A DNA stretch of 64,000 bases from Candidatus Udaeobacter sp. (GCA_035473115.1 DATION010000004.1:33126-97125), one strand, 5' to 3'. Shown: positions 9,649-20,359, numbered from the stretch's first letter. Numbers and translations: made by a program. The notes: a model not told the origin generated them from the sequence alone.

Positions 9649-11892
9649 CTATTTATTGGTTAATAAGTAAACACTATATTTATAATTATAGCTCTGCCTG
9701 CCAATTATTTTTTGTTTTAATTTTAATAAAATCGGATCGGTAGGCACAGACTGATGCTGATCTATTATTTTAAAACCTTCAGGAATTTTATCTGCCGCAG
9801 CCATTGAATCATAGGCACTATCACCGTCCGAACCGGTAGAGAAAAACCATACTCTTAGATCTCTTTTCTTGCCTTCTAATAAGTTCGGCAATTTATCAAG
9901 CGGAATTGCTGTTAATTTGCCAAAGTACTTATCTTTATAAAAATTATAATTACCAATATTCATATCACCGTTGATAATCAGATAATCATTGGCCTTAGAA
10001 TTATTTTGCACAAATTGATACTCTGTAAAATCATTAAAATAACTGCCATTAAAATAATTTTGCCTCTGATAAAAATTAAATAGCCCGGCTGCCTGAACCA
10101 AGATTAACATTAGCATGATTAAATACTTATAAAAACCTTTTATTTCAAAAGTTAAACGAGTGATTAAAATAATAAACAAAGGAAAAGCCACAAAGACATA
10201 CTTCGGATACACTATAAAATTATATCTCGGGTCAGCATGATTTAAAAAAATTACATTTAAAATAACCGACATTAAAAACAAATAAAATAATAAGTAAAAT
10301 TCCAAGTTTTGCTTACAAAGTTTTTTTATTAAAACAAATAATAGAACCACCATCACTAGCGCTCCCGCGATAAACGGCGCAAAGTTCCACGGCAAAATAT
10401 TCTCTCCGAAGAAATAAGCGTAAAAATGCATTAAAAAGTCGGCCGCTAAATTAATAAATGACTTCCCCAGCAAACTAGCTTTTTCAAAACCTTTATCATT
10501 TTGGATAAATATTCTTAAGTAAAATAGATAAATGATCGGCAAAAAAGATACTGCCACTCCGGCTTGGCCAGCAAGCCATTTTGACAAGGATAGCACTTTA
10601 TTTTTTGTTAAAAATAAATAAAAATAACAAATATTTATAATAAAAATCAGATAAACAAAATGAGGCAAATCTGTATAACCGACCAAAACACTAAACAATA
10701 AAAATTTAATAAATAATTTTCTCTCATAGCCAACTAGTGCCATCTTGCAAAAATAATATAAGCTTAATAAGGTTAGCAAAGCCGCCAGACTGTGATAACG
10801 AGCCATCTGTGAAATCAGAAGAAAATAGGACGAAATTGAAGTCAAAAACATCCCCCATCTGGCCAAGGCTTTATCTTTAAATAATAACAAAGAAAAATAA
10901 TAAACTGTTACCGTTATGCCTAAACCGGATAACACGGAAACCAACCTGATACCCAATTCACCAAAAGGAAAGATTCTGTACAATAAAATAACTAAAAAAT
11001 AATAAAGCGGCGGATGATTATCCGGAACGCGAAAATATTCGATTAAAAAATTAAGCGGATTTGGGCTATGATACATGTATTCTAAAACTGCTGTTTCATC
11101 CATCCAAAATGTTCTGGAACTTATACGATAAAACAGCAAAATTAAAGATAATGCTATCAACGAAATAAAATAAGTCTTATCTTTGTTGAGCCTAAAATAT
11201 TTAAAAATTCTTAAAAGAGAATACTTAAATAACTGGCCAAAAAATAACATGTACTCCATATAGTTCAATTTGGATGAACTAAATTTTCTTACTCTAAAAT
11301 TATACGGCAACTCTTTAACTTTGGTATAATTTCCTTTTATTAACACCTCTAAAAGGATCTTATAGCCTTTTGTTTTCAAATTAATACCGGAAATAACATT
11401 TTTATTTAGAAAAAAATATCCGCTTAAAGGATCTTTAATTCCGGTAAGTTTGCGAGCAAAAAATACACCAACTTTTGAGACTAATTTTCTCCACCATTTC
11501 CAATCTTCCACGGAACTGCCTTCGCTAAACCTTCCCCCGATCGCGATATTATTATCCAGCAAACTCAAGATAAGATCGTTTAAAATAACCGGATTATGGC
11601 TTAAATCCGCATCCATAACCCCAACGTACGGACGATCAGAAAGTTTAAAACCCTCTCTAACAGCACTGCCAAGGCCCAGCTTACCGGACCGATGAATAAC
11701 TTTTATCGGATAATTTTTCTTTAGCTCTTCCGCCACATTACCGGTGCCGTCGGGCGAATTATCATCCACAATAATAAACTCCAAATCAATCTTTTCTTTA
11801 TTTATAATACCCCAAATCTCTTCAATTAGAATAGAAAGATTTTTTGCTTCGTTATATGTGGGTATAATAAGAGAAATTTTTATCGGCGACAT
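9649..11892 (-). CDS. Fusion: polyprenol-phosphate glycosyltransferase (Dpm1-like GT2) + GT-C (PMT/ArnT-like) membrane transferase
   Basis: N-term PTYNE, DDNSPDGT, MDADLSH, DPLSGYF; C-term FWMDE, HPPLYY, ARYHS and many TMs. Confidence 0.82.
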   Translation of the reverse strand: MSPIKISLIIPTYNEAKNLSILIEEIWGIINKEKIDLEFIIVDDNSPDGTGNVAEELKKNYPIKVIHRSGKLGLGSAVREGFKLSDRPYVGVMDADLSHNPVILNDLILSLLDNNIAIGGRFSEGSSVEDWKWWRKLVSKVGVFFARKLTGIKDPLSGYFFLNKNVISGINLKTKGYKILLEVLIKGNYTKVKELPYNFRVRKFSSSKLNYMEYMLFFGQLFKYSLLRIFKYFRLNKDKTYFISLIALSLILLFYRISSRTFWMDETAVLEYMYHSPNPLNFLIEYFRVPDNHPPLYYFLVILLYRIFPFGELGIRLVSVLSGLGITVTVYYFSLLLFKDKALARWGMFLTSISSYFLLISQMARYHSLAALLTLLSLYYFCKMALVGYERKLFIKFLLFSVLVGYTDLPHFVYLIFIINICYFYLFLTKNKVLSLSKWLAGQAGVAVSFLPIIYLFYLRIFIQNDKGFEKASLLGKSFINLAADFLMHFYAYFFGENILPWNFAPFIAGALVMVVLLFVLIKKLCKQNLEFYLLFYLFLMSVILNVIFLNHADPRYNFIVYPKYVFVAFPLFIILITRLTFEIKGFYKYLIMLMLILVQAAGLFNFYQRQNYFNGSYFNDFTEYQFVQNNSKANDYLIINGDMNIGNYNFYKDKYFGKLTAIPLDKLPNLLEGKKRDLRVWFFSTGSDGDSAYDSMAAADKIPEGFKIIDQHQSVPTDPILLKLKQKIIGRQSYNYKYSVYLLTNK

Positions 11893-11895
11893 AAA

Positions 11896-13053
11896 CTATT
11901 TAATTTTACTGGCAGCATCCCGGCTCTGCCAAAAATAATTCCAGGCGCAGACCGGATTTTTATTGCAACTATCAATAATAGTAAAAACATGAGCGTATCT
12001 AAGCGTATTTTGCAATAAATACGGCGTGGCCAATAAAATAAAAACAGAAAAAACACTCAAATACTTCCAATAACTTATTCTTTCATACAATTTAAATAAA
12101 CCGTAAGCGGCCAAAGGCAGTAGCAGCCAGGCTGAAATAAATACCGTTCTGGCAATAAACACCGGCCAAGCAAAATATGATAATGCTGTCGGCAAAACAG
12201 CGATAAAATATACCCACACCCCTCTATCAATCATCCTGAGGTTTTTGCATAACAAAACAACTCCTATAAATATAGCTGCCCAAGTTAAATTATAGGTGCT
12301 GGCATTTACTCCAAACCAGCGCAACAATGTATAATTTGCCCCCCAAATTCTCCAGGTTTCGATAAAATAGGATAAAGAAGAAAAACCAACATCAGCGCCG
12401 CGTACAGAATTTACTATTAAGGTAAATAAAGGCAAAGCGGCAAACATTGCTAAATACCCGACAGTTTTTTTCCAATTAATTATTTCTGACAAAATAACTA
12501 TGCCGGCAAACAATGCGCCCATCGCACCTGATTCTTTTGTTAAGATGCCAAAAGCAACCGAGACGCTGCTTAACAGTAACCAGCTATACTTTTTTTGTTC
12601 TCGCCATCTCCAAATAGAATACATTGTCAAAACACACCAGAAATAACCTCCCATATCTTCTACTTGAGTCAGCCCATACCGAACCATGGCATAATTTGTG
12701 ATCGCAAATAGCGCAGTTACAAAACCAATCCATTTATTATTAAAAACCCGAGCAATGAGACTGTAGGTTAATAATAGTAAGCCAAAATAAAAAACTATAT
12801 TGGTAACAATTAAACTGCTAACCGGGGAAAGAAAAAATAAAATTTTAGCGGACACAACCGGATAAAACGGCACGGCATATCGATTCGTAAAAAATAACGG
12901 GATATCATTGCCTCTAAAAAAATTAATCGTATCAATAAAACTATCAGTATCATTATTTGTATGAAAACCAAATAAATAATGAAAAATAACAAGATTTATA
13001 ATTCCCAATGCCAATAGTACCAGGTGTAAATTATATTTTTTAAAAAAATTCAT
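11896..13053 (-). CDS. Multi-TM GT-C fold glycosyltransferase (putative)
   Basis: About 10 TM, acidic first loop (NNDTD), GILTKE motif; start MNFFKK. Confidence 0.65.
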   Translation of the reverse strand: MNFFKKYNLHLVLLALGIINLVIFHYLFGFHTNNDTDSFIDTINFFRGNDIPLFFTNRYAVPFYPVVSAKILFFLSPVSSLIVTNIVFYFGLLLLTYSLIARVFNNKWIGFVTALFAITNYAMVRYGLTQVEDMGGYFWCVLTMYSIWRWREQKKYSWLLLSSVSVAFGILTKESGAMGALFAGIVILSEIINWKKTVGYLAMFAALPLFTLIVNSVRGADVGFSSLSYFIETWRIWGANYTLLRWFGVNASTYNLTWAAIFIGVVLLCKNLRMIDRGVWVYFIAVLPTALSYFAWPVFIARTVFISAWLLLPLAAYGLFKLYERISYWKYLSVFSVFILLATPYLLQNTLRYAHVFTIIDSCNKNPVCAWNYFWQSRDAASKIK

Positions 13054-13060
13054 AATAAAA

Positions 13061-13771
13061 CTAAAACGACTTGAAACGCCATTTAAGAATTGTCCATAAT
13101 ACGTATAACCCATCCCGATAACGAATCTTCTTTCCTTCGGCAAAAGTTCTAGGATTATAATGAATCGGAACTTCAACCACTTTTAAACTTTTTCTAAATA
13201 GCTTGCACAATAATTCAACATCATAAGCAAAACCATTAGCTTCAATCGGCAAATCCACCATATATTTACGCGGGATTATTTTATAACAGGCAAAAAAATC
13301 TGTCCCTTTACGCGCATATAATAAATTAATGCTGGCTATGATTAGCTTGTTTCCTAAATATGTAAGCGGATGTGGGTGCGACCAGCCGGTGTGGCTATTT
13401 TTTAATTCATCAGATAAAGTTCTTGAGCCTAAACTGATATCAGCTGTACCTGCCTGTATTGGCGCCAGCATAGCTTTTAAGTCTTGCGGGTCATATTCCA
13501 AATCAGCATCCTGAATAGTAATATAGTCTCCTGTGGCCTGAGCAATCCCCAATTTTACGGAAGCGCCTTTACCGCTATTTTTTTCTTTAAAAATAACTTT
13601 GTACTTATCACCCAGACCGCGCAAAATTTCTCTAGTTCCGTCAGTTGAGCAATCATCCACAATCACAACTTCTTTATCGCAATTATCAAAAATAACCTCG
13701 TCCACTTTTTTAAGTATCTCCAGAATAGTATTTTTTTCATTGTAGGCTGGAATGATAATTGATAATTTCAT
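13061..13771 (-). CDS. GT2 polyprenol-phosphate glycosyltransferase (Dpm1/GtrB-like)
   Basis: PAYNE, DDCSTDGT, NSGKGA, QDADLEYDP. Confidence 0.88.
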   Translation of the reverse strand: MKLSIIIPAYNEKNTILEILKKVDEVIFDNCDKEVVIVDDCSTDGTREILRGLGDKYKVIFKEKNSGKGASVKLGIAQATGDYITIQDADLEYDPQDLKAMLAPIQAGTADISLGSRTLSDELKNSHTGWSHPHPLTYLGNKLIIASINLLYARKGTDFFACYKIIPRKYMVDLPIEANGFAYDVELLCKLFRKSLKVVEVPIHYNPRTFAEGKKIRYRDGLYVLWTILKWRFKSF

Positions 13772-13779
13772 AAAAATAT

Positions 13780-14946
13780 TTACAGCAAAGAATGATATAC
13801 ATCAATTATTTTTTTTCTATAAACATTGGCGCTAAACCTTTCTTTTTCTTTTAAAGAATTTTCTTTTAGAGACCGATAAATTTGTTCATCATCTAGTTTT
13901 AACAAGGCTTCTTTAAAAGCCACTGGATTACTGGCCGGAACCAAAATACCGGCCGAACCAACTACTTCCGGAATAGCTCCCGAAGTAGTGCTGATAACGG
14001 GACAATTCTGCAAAATAGCATCGGCCAAAGAATAGCCAAATTGTTCTTGCCAGGTTCTGGTTGGCGTACTGCCCAAAAGAAACGCCCGGGCATGCTTATA
14101 CAATTGCTTTATTTCATTGTTGGGAACGTTTTTAATAACTAAAACATTGCTCGATAAACCTAGATCAGAAACTAATCGGCAAAAATTTTTATATTCCTTA
14201 CCATCGCCGATTACAACTAATTTCCTATCAGTTTGCTTAGATTTTTTAAGATACATTTTCCAAGCGTATAAAATGTCGTATATCCCCTTTTCCCAAATCA
14301 TGCGGCTAATGACCAAATCAAATTTAACATTTTGTAAATTTAATTTTTCTATTAAAGAATCATCACTCGGCTCAATAATCAGACCAGGATAAACTACTTC
14401 TACTTGTTCTGGTTTTGCACCCATATCCAAAGCCAACTCGGCTGAAAATTTAGAAAAAGCTAAAAATTTATCCACTCCGGCAATATTTTCTTTGATTATT
14501 GAATTTATTTTATCACGCCAATATTTTGGCGGACAATTTAAACCTGGCCAATAATTATACTCAAAACGGCCAAAAGTGTTATCAACAAAATTGGCGACAA
14601 CTTTTAGTTTTGGATTATTTTTCTTGGCTCTGACGCACTGTAAGGTGTAATAATTATAAACCTCAACCCCATGAGCAATATCAAAATTTATAAGTTCTTT
14701 TTCTAAACCAAACATCCGTTGATACTGTCCGCAAGCATACTTAAAATAATTTTTTGTTAAAAAATTATCCGCGGTCGATCGCAGCCGTTTAATTGCCAAA
14801 TTAATATTATTTAGCGAAAAAACATTTTTTTGGCCGCAAAATGCCACTGTTTCTAAATTACTATCCAGGTTTTCCCATATTTTTGCTTCCTGTTCTTTTA
14901 AGCTATCTCCGCGCACTAAGGCAATTTTTATTTTACCCTCTTTCAT
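13780..14946 (-). CDS. GT4 glycosyltransferase
   Basis: SRMIWEKG, EQFGYSLADA, SGAIPEV. Confidence 0.85.
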   Translation of the reverse strand: MKEGKIKIALVRGDSLKEQEAKIWENLDSNLETVAFCGQKNVFSLNNINLAIKRLRSTADNFLTKNYFKYACGQYQRMFGLEKELINFDIAHGVEVYNYYTLQCVRAKKNNPKLKVVANFVDNTFGRFEYNYWPGLNCPPKYWRDKINSIIKENIAGVDKFLAFSKFSAELALDMGAKPEQVEVVYPGLIIEPSDDSLIEKLNLQNVKFDLVISRMIWEKGIYDILYAWKMYLKKSKQTDRKLVVIGDGKEYKNFCRLVSDLGLSSNVLVIKNVPNNEIKQLYKHARAFLLGSTPTRTWQEQFGYSLADAILQNCPVISTTSGAIPEVVGSAGILVPASNPVAFKEALLKLDDEQIYRSLKENSLKEKERFSANVYRKKIIDVYHSLL

Positions 14947-14949
14947 AAT

Positions 14950-15942
14950 TTAAAATTTTACTATTTTCTTGCTTATTTCCTCCATCATTTTAGTTATTCT
15001 GGCGCCAAACTCAATGCCAGTAACAGGCTTACTACCGGTACTTACGCAACTAATAAAATGCTCCAGTTCATTTTTTAACGGCTCACCAGCTTTTACAGAT
15101 GGGAGTGATTGTTGCTCCATTAAATTAGGCAAAAAGAGAGAAGATTTTTTATTTTTACCCCACTTAGGATAAGAGCTATTTATCCAGCGAAGTTTAGCGT
15201 CGTCACGATCATTAAAAAGCGCCATGCCTTTATCTCCTACCAAGGTAACTTTGCGAACTTTTTCCGGCCAATACCAAGAAGTGAGCAGATGCGCCACTAA
15301 ACCGCTTTGAAACTTTACTGTCACAGATGCAAAATCATCATTCGCCGAGTTTTTAAAAGAACGGCTTGCGCCCGTTACTTTAACTATCTTACCCGGAGAA
15401 AAAAGATATTCCAAAACAGCGCAATCATGAATTCCGGCATCCATAAAACTGCCGACATCGGCTCGAAAAGGACCTCCGTAGAGATGTTCACCCATAAAAT
15501 ACTTTACCGCGCCAAGATCTTTAATATGTTCTTTTATATAACGGAGATAATCGTTATAAACATATTGCAAACCAACCATGAAAACTAAATTCTTATTTTT
15601 ACTTAATTCTTTTTCAATAGCTTTGGCTTCACTAGTATTTATTACCATCGGTTTTTCTACAAAAACGTGCTTGCCTTGCCTTAAAGATTTAATGATCAAA
15701 TCTTTGTGCGTATGCGGTGGCGTAGCGATAATGACACAATCAATTTTTTTATCCTTAATTACTTCATCACTCTTTAAAGTTTTTTTGATACCTACTGACA
15801 AAACATCCTTATTTTTTTCAAAACCATCACCAGACTTATTGGCAACAGTAACTAAATTTACACCTGGAATTTCCTGCAACAAACGAGCATAATGTTTTCC
15901 AAAATGCCCGAACCCTATGATGCCAAATTGCAGGGTTTTCAT
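14950..15942 (-). CDS. Gfo/Idh/MocA family oxidoreductase (sugar ketoreductase-like)
   Basis: GIIGFGHFG, ATPPHTH, VEKPM, DAGIHD. Confidence 0.85.
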   Translation of the reverse strand: MKTLQFGIIGFGHFGKHYARLLQEIPGVNLVTVANKSGDGFEKNKDVLSVGIKKTLKSDEVIKDKKIDCVIIATPPHTHKDLIIKSLRQGKHVFVEKPMVINTSEAKAIEKELSKNKNLVFMVGLQYVYNDYLRYIKEHIKDLGAVKYFMGEHLYGGPFRADVGSFMDAGIHDCAVLEYLFSPGKIVKVTGASRSFKNSANDDFASVTVKFQSGLVAHLLTSWYWPEKVRKVTLVGDKGMALFNDRDDAKLRWINSSYPKWGKNKKSSLFLPNLMEQQSLPSVKAGEPLKNELEHFISCVSTGSKPVTGIEFGARITKMMEEISKKIVKF

Positions 15943-15959
15943 ACGTTAAAGATGAAGTG

Positions 15960-18251
15960 CTAAACTAAAATATTTTTCATCCACTTATAAGAGCGGCTTA
16001 AGCCGGCTCGTAAATTAATTGATGGATGGAAATCAACTTGCGACTTGGCTTTAGACAAGTCCGGACAGCGTCTGGAAGGTTCATCCTGCGGATAAGTATC
16101 TGGATAATTAACCAGATTTATTTCAACTTTTTTATCAGTGACAATCTCAGAAACAATTTCTGCCAAAGCTTTCATATTAATTTCTTCATCATCATTGCCG
16201 ATATTAAAGACCTCGCCGTTTTTTTCCGAAAGTAAAACTTTAAAAAATCCAACCATCGCATCGCTGGCATAACAAAAAGTACGGGTTTGGTTTCCTTTAC
16301 CATGAACTGATAACGGCTTGCCTTCAATCGCCTGACTTAAGAATGTCGGCACAACTCTATAGTCTTTGGCGCTCATTCCCGGACCATAAACATTAAAAGG
16401 CCGAACAATTTTTATAGGGGTGTTGTGGACACGGTGATAAGCTGTACCCAAAGTTTCGCCCAAACGCTTTGATTCGTCATAGCAAGAGCGCGGACCGGTA
16501 GAAGAAACATTGCCTCGGTATGTTTCCGGAGTAGGAATGAATTTCGGATCAGGATCTCCGTAAATTTCACTGGAACTAAAATATAAAATACTCTTTACCT
16601 TTTTTTCGAGTCCCAATTTTAACATGTTGCTTAATCCAAAAACCGCTCCTTCTATTGTTTCAATCGGATACCGCATGTAATAAACCGGTGAAGCGATGCC
16701 GGCGGCGGAGATTATATAATCTACCGGAACATCTAAAGTTAGCGGGTCGCAAATATTATGATTCTTAAAAGAAATATAATTACTATCAATTTCTTTTAAG
16801 AGATTATTCTTTTTTCCGATGATATGATTATCTATTGAAAGCACTCGGCAAGGTTCCTTAAAATATCTTTTATTTAACAAATCTATAACTGCGATAAAAT
16901 AACTGCCGATAAAACCGGAACCGCCCGTAATCAAAACACTTTTACCTTCTAACGATTTGGCTACTTCCGCAACTTCTTTGGCGATAAAATCTAGATCACC
17001 TTCCACAATTCCGCTAACCACCTGAGCAAACGGCACTGGAATAATGAAATTCTCAAAATCCGAACATTTCTTAATAATAGAATCGGCAAAATTCCAAGCT
17101 AAAACCAAAATATAATCTGGCGGATTGGCTTTTAATTCTGTGGCTGGCTTAACCGGAATATGCGTTCCCGGAGTATAAAGCCCCTGCTTCCAAACGCTGT
17201 CATCAATAATATAATCGAGTGTTTCTGTGCCAATATTAAAATAATTTAACAAAGTGCTGCCTTTGGCTGGAGCGCCATAACCAACGATTTTCTTTCCTTT
17301 TGATTTTAGTTCGCTTAAAAGTCCAAGCAAACGAGTTTTATTTTCGGCAATTTTAGCTTCAAAACTGGTAAAAGTTTCTATCTCATTAATTTTTTTATTT
17401 TTTTCCTCATTGATAAATCGCTCCACATTAGAACCTAATGGATATTTACCACCTTTTCTTTGTACAAAAACCCTCAATGAGCCACCATGAGTGTCTGTTT
17501 TATCAACATCAAAAACCTGCATACCCAAACGATCAAACAGAGTACTGATTGTTTTTACCGTAAAATACGATAAATGTTCATGGTAAATAGTGTCAAATAA
17601 ATTTTTCTCTACTAGATCCAATAAATAATAGGCTTCAATGACAAAAACACCGTCATCAGCCAACAAATTTTTTACGCCTTCCACCACTTGATCTAAATCA
17701 TCAATATGTGGAAAAACGCTGGTGGCGGTAACTAGCGATGCTTTGCCTTTGGCTTGAACTATTTTGTTGGCTATTTCTGGAGTAAAGTAAGCAGCCATTG
17801 TTTCGATACCGTTTTCGGTTGCTCTGGCCGCAATATTAGCCGCCGGATCAACGCCCATAATTTTAACTCCCATTTCTTTGTATGGCCGAAGCAAAATTCC
17901 ATCATTGCTGCCGATATCAACTACCAGCGAATTACTGTTCAAGCTAAAACGCTGAGCCATTTCGGAAGCAAAAGCTTTAAAATGCGCCACAAAAACAGGT
18001 GATGTTGACGAACTATAAACATAATTGCTAAACAGCAGATCCGGAGAAACAACATGACTAAGCCCAACAAAAGAACAATCCTTACAAAAAGATAATTCCA
18101 AAGGAAAACTATGCTCCGGCTTTTCCAGATCTTCTGGTTTTAAGAAAGCATTGGCCGGAGGCGTACTGCCCAAACTAAGCACTTGGGTTAAATTTTTTCC
18201 TTTACAAACTCGACAAGACTCGCTCTTTTTAAATAAAGATTGATCCGACAT
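15960..18251 (-). CDS. Fusion: NDP-sugar C-methyltransferase + UDP-glucuronate decarboxylase-like SDR
   Basis: N-term CRVC...CKDC zinc site, DIGSNDG, DTIYHEH, HGGSLR, GYGAPAKG; C-term TGGSGFIG, SSSEIYG, CYDESKR, RPFNVYGP. Confidence 0.85.
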   Translation of the reverse strand: MSDQSLFKKSESCRVCKGKNLTQVLSLGSTPPANAFLKPEDLEKPEHSFPLELSFCKDCSFVGLSHVVSPDLLFSNYVYSSSTSPVFVAHFKAFASEMAQRFSLNSNSLVVDIGSNDGILLRPYKEMGVKIMGVDPAANIAARATENGIETMAAYFTPEIANKIVQAKGKASLVTATSVFPHIDDLDQVVEGVKNLLADDGVFVIEAYYLLDLVEKNLFDTIYHEHLSYFTVKTISTLFDRLGMQVFDVDKTDTHGGSLRVFVQRKGGKYPLGSNVERFINEEKNKKINEIETFTSFEAKIAENKTRLLGLLSELKSKGKKIVGYGAPAKGSTLLNYFNIGTETLDYIIDDSVWKQGLYTPGTHIPVKPATELKANPPDYILVLAWNFADSIIKKCSDFENFIIPVPFAQVVSGIVEGDLDFIAKEVAEVAKSLEGKSVLITGGSGFIGSYFIAVIDLLNKRYFKEPCRVLSIDNHIIGKKNNLLKEIDSNYISFKNHNICDPLTLDVPVDYIISAAGIASPVYYMRYPIETIEGAVFGLSNMLKLGLEKKVKSILYFSSSEIYGDPDPKFIPTPETYRGNVSSTGPRSCYDESKRLGETLGTAYHRVHNTPIKIVRPFNVYGPGMSAKDYRVVPTFLSQAIEGKPLSVHGKGNQTRTFCYASDAMVGFFKVLLSEKNGEVFNIGNDDEEINMKALAEIVSEIVTDKKVEINLVNYPDTYPQDEPSRRCPDLSKAKSQVDFHPSINLRAGLSRSYKWMKNILV

Positions 18252-18257
18252 AAAATT

Positions 18258-18653
18258 TTAAACCAATTTAACGCGAACAGTATCCTGCTCATAATCGTCC
18301 TGACTTCTTGACTTTAAAGCAAAAACGAAACAAACTGTATCTTCCAAAAAATTCATAGCATGTGCAACCATAGGCGGCGAAAAAACCATATCACCGGCGC
18401 TTATTTCTACAGTCTCTTTTTTAGACAAATCCGGATTACCGTCTATAAGCGGAGCTTCGGTATATTCCATTTTTCCGGTTAACATGTACACGTAATGTCC
18501 GTCTTCTTTATGGAAATGGTTGGCGCGAATAGCGTCTTTATTGCAAGTCATCATCAAAATACTCTTAATCACTGTTTTTCCGTCATCAAGCAATTTTGTT
18601 ATGGCTCCTCTGGCATCAACAAATTCTGGCTGAATATTTCTTGTTATTTCCAT
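18258..18653 (-). CDS. Cupin-fold sugar isomerase/epimerase
   Basis: DARG, RANHFH, PPMVAHAM. Confidence 0.72.
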   Translation of the reverse strand: MEITRNIQPEFVDARGAITKLLDDGKTVIKSILMMTCNKDAIRANHFHKEDGHYVYMLTGKMEYTEAPLIDGNPDLSKKETVEISAGDMVFSPPMVAHAMNFLEDTVCFVFALKSRSQDDYEQDTVRVKLV

Positions 18654-18714
18654 ATTACAGAAAGATATTAATAATAAATTAAAACAAGCTTATTTGATTA
18701 AGATTGCTAGTAAA

Positions 18715-18743
18715 ATTATATTACAACTCTAAGAAAGAGTCAA
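18715..18743 (-). promoter_or_regulatory. Internal sigma70 promoter upstream of the cupin / C-methyltransferase module
   Basis: Minus strand TTGACT-17 bp-TATAAT. Confidence 0.65.
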
Positions 18744-18754
18744 CCTAAAAAACC

Positions 18755-19582
18755 TTACTTTTCCCCTCTTTTTAGCTTCCAAACTTGAAGATATAAAGTG
18801 AAATAATAGATAAATTGCTGCAGGCCGATATTAAAGCCTGTCCAGCTAGTCCACAAACCATTCTTCATCTGGCCCAAAAAATTCTTTATCGGTTCAAAAA
18901 AAATATAATAATAGATATGGCTGCGTACTTTATTGACCTTATTAACCCAGACTTCTTCGGTAGTATTAAAATACTCTATTTTAGTTTTTTCCGGGAAAAA
19001 ATATTTCGCATGAATCGGAACCCATTTTGCTCTTTTTTTCAAAAAAGATTGCCAGCTTACGTTGTTATACAGTGGGCGGTGACGTAAAAAAATATCTACC
19101 TTTTGCGCAATTCCTTTGACATGGCCTATCTCGTGAGGAACAGCTTGATAATAAAAATTTTTCTTCCGGAACAGACACATCTTTTGCAAACCTTTAAAAT
19201 AAACCGGCTGCTTTCCATTCCACATTTCCCATTTAAAAATATAGCCATCGACCCCTGCCGGAGCATTATTTACCAAATCTCGAATACGCTCATGATCGGC
19301 AATATCAAGATACTCATCGCCATCCATCTGCAGTATCCAGTCGCCTGTCGCTTGAACAAAGCCAAAAGCGCGGTGCGGTTCGGCTTCGCCAATATGTTCA
19401 CGCACAAAAATCTTATCAGTGTATTTTTTGGCAATTTCCAAAGTTTTATCACCGCATTCTCCGTCATGGATCACAATAATTTCATCAACCAAATCTTTGA
19501 TACTCAAAAGACAGCGCTCAACAATTTTTTCTTCATTGTATACGATAAGACAGGCAGAAATTTTTTGCTTGCTATTTTCCAT
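18755..19582 (-). CDS. GT2 glycosyltransferase (WaaE/LgtF-like)
   Basis: VYNEE, DWILQMDGDE, VPHE. Confidence 0.82.
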   Translation of the reverse strand: MENSKQKISACLIVYNEEKIVERCLLSIKDLVDEIIVIHDGECGDKTLEIAKKYTDKIFVREHIGEAEPHRAFGFVQATGDWILQMDGDEYLDIADHERIRDLVNNAPAGVDGYIFKWEMWNGKQPVYFKGLQKMCLFRKKNFYYQAVPHEIGHVKGIAQKVDIFLRHRPLYNNVSWQSFLKKRAKWVPIHAKYFFPEKTKIEYFNTTEEVWVNKVNKVRSHIYYYIFFEPIKNFLGQMKNGLWTSWTGFNIGLQQFIYYFTLYLQVWKLKRGEK

Positions 19583-19599
19583 AATTTATTAAAGACAAA

Positions 19600-20322
19600 T
19601 TAAAGCTGTTGCAAAGCTTTGCTGGCATCATTTATAAATTGTACCACAGTTTCTTTGGTGCGGGCAGAAACAAGGCACTTAGCCAAGACTTCCGGAGGAA
19701 CGGTAAGGATATGAGCTCCGCTTTTTCCCCACAAATCTACATTTTCCGGTGTGCGTACAGAACCGACGATAATTTCTATATTTTTATAATTATGAAAATC
19801 CAACCACTGCCTGACATCTTCGAGAACTTTCTGCGCCTGTTCTACGCCATGCTCTTCGGAAACTCTGCCGGCAAAAATACTGATAAAATGAGTCTTTCTG
19901 ACACTTGTCTTAGCCAAACCGGCATTAATGGCTTTGGCTGCCAAGATTGCCTGATTAAAGGTCATCATTGCGGTAACATTGACCGAAATCCCTTCACTTA
20001 CCAATCGGTTAATAACCGGCAAAAGCGATCCGCCGTTTCTGTCTGTAATAGTAACCTTTACGGAAATATTATCGGCCCAAGCATTATATTTTCTGGCTTG
20101 AGTAAAAATTTCATCGGCATTATCTGTAGTTACCTCTACGCTTAAAGGCTGCGGTGCGATCAGACGGGCAATTTCTATAGATCTTTGCTTCATACCTTCT
20201 TCACCGCCGGTAACGCCAGATTTTAAACAAATAGTAGGATTGGTAGTAACTCCGTCGCAAATTCCCCACCCTAAGTATTTTTCCACTTCTTTGGTTTCGG
20301 CACTGTCGATAAATATTTTCAT
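19600..20322 (-). CDS. Transaldolase/FSA-family aldolase (LmbR-like candidate)
   Basis: KIFIDSA, GVTTNPT, Schiff-base VK, NVT, AGR motifs. Confidence 0.85.
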   Translation of the reverse strand: MKIFIDSAETKEVEKYLGWGICDGVTTNPTICLKSGVTGGEEGMKQRSIEIARLIAPQPLSVEVTTDNADEIFTQARKYNAWADNISVKVTITDRNGGSLLPVINRLVSEGISVNVTAMMTFNQAILAAKAINAGLAKTSVRKTHFISIFAGRVSEEHGVEQAQKVLEDVRQWLDFHNYKNIEIIVGSVRTPENVDLWGKSGAHILTVPPEVLAKCLVSARTKETVVQFINDASKALQQL

Positions 20323-20359
20323 AGGATATGTAAGTAAAAACTAAATAATATGTAATGGT

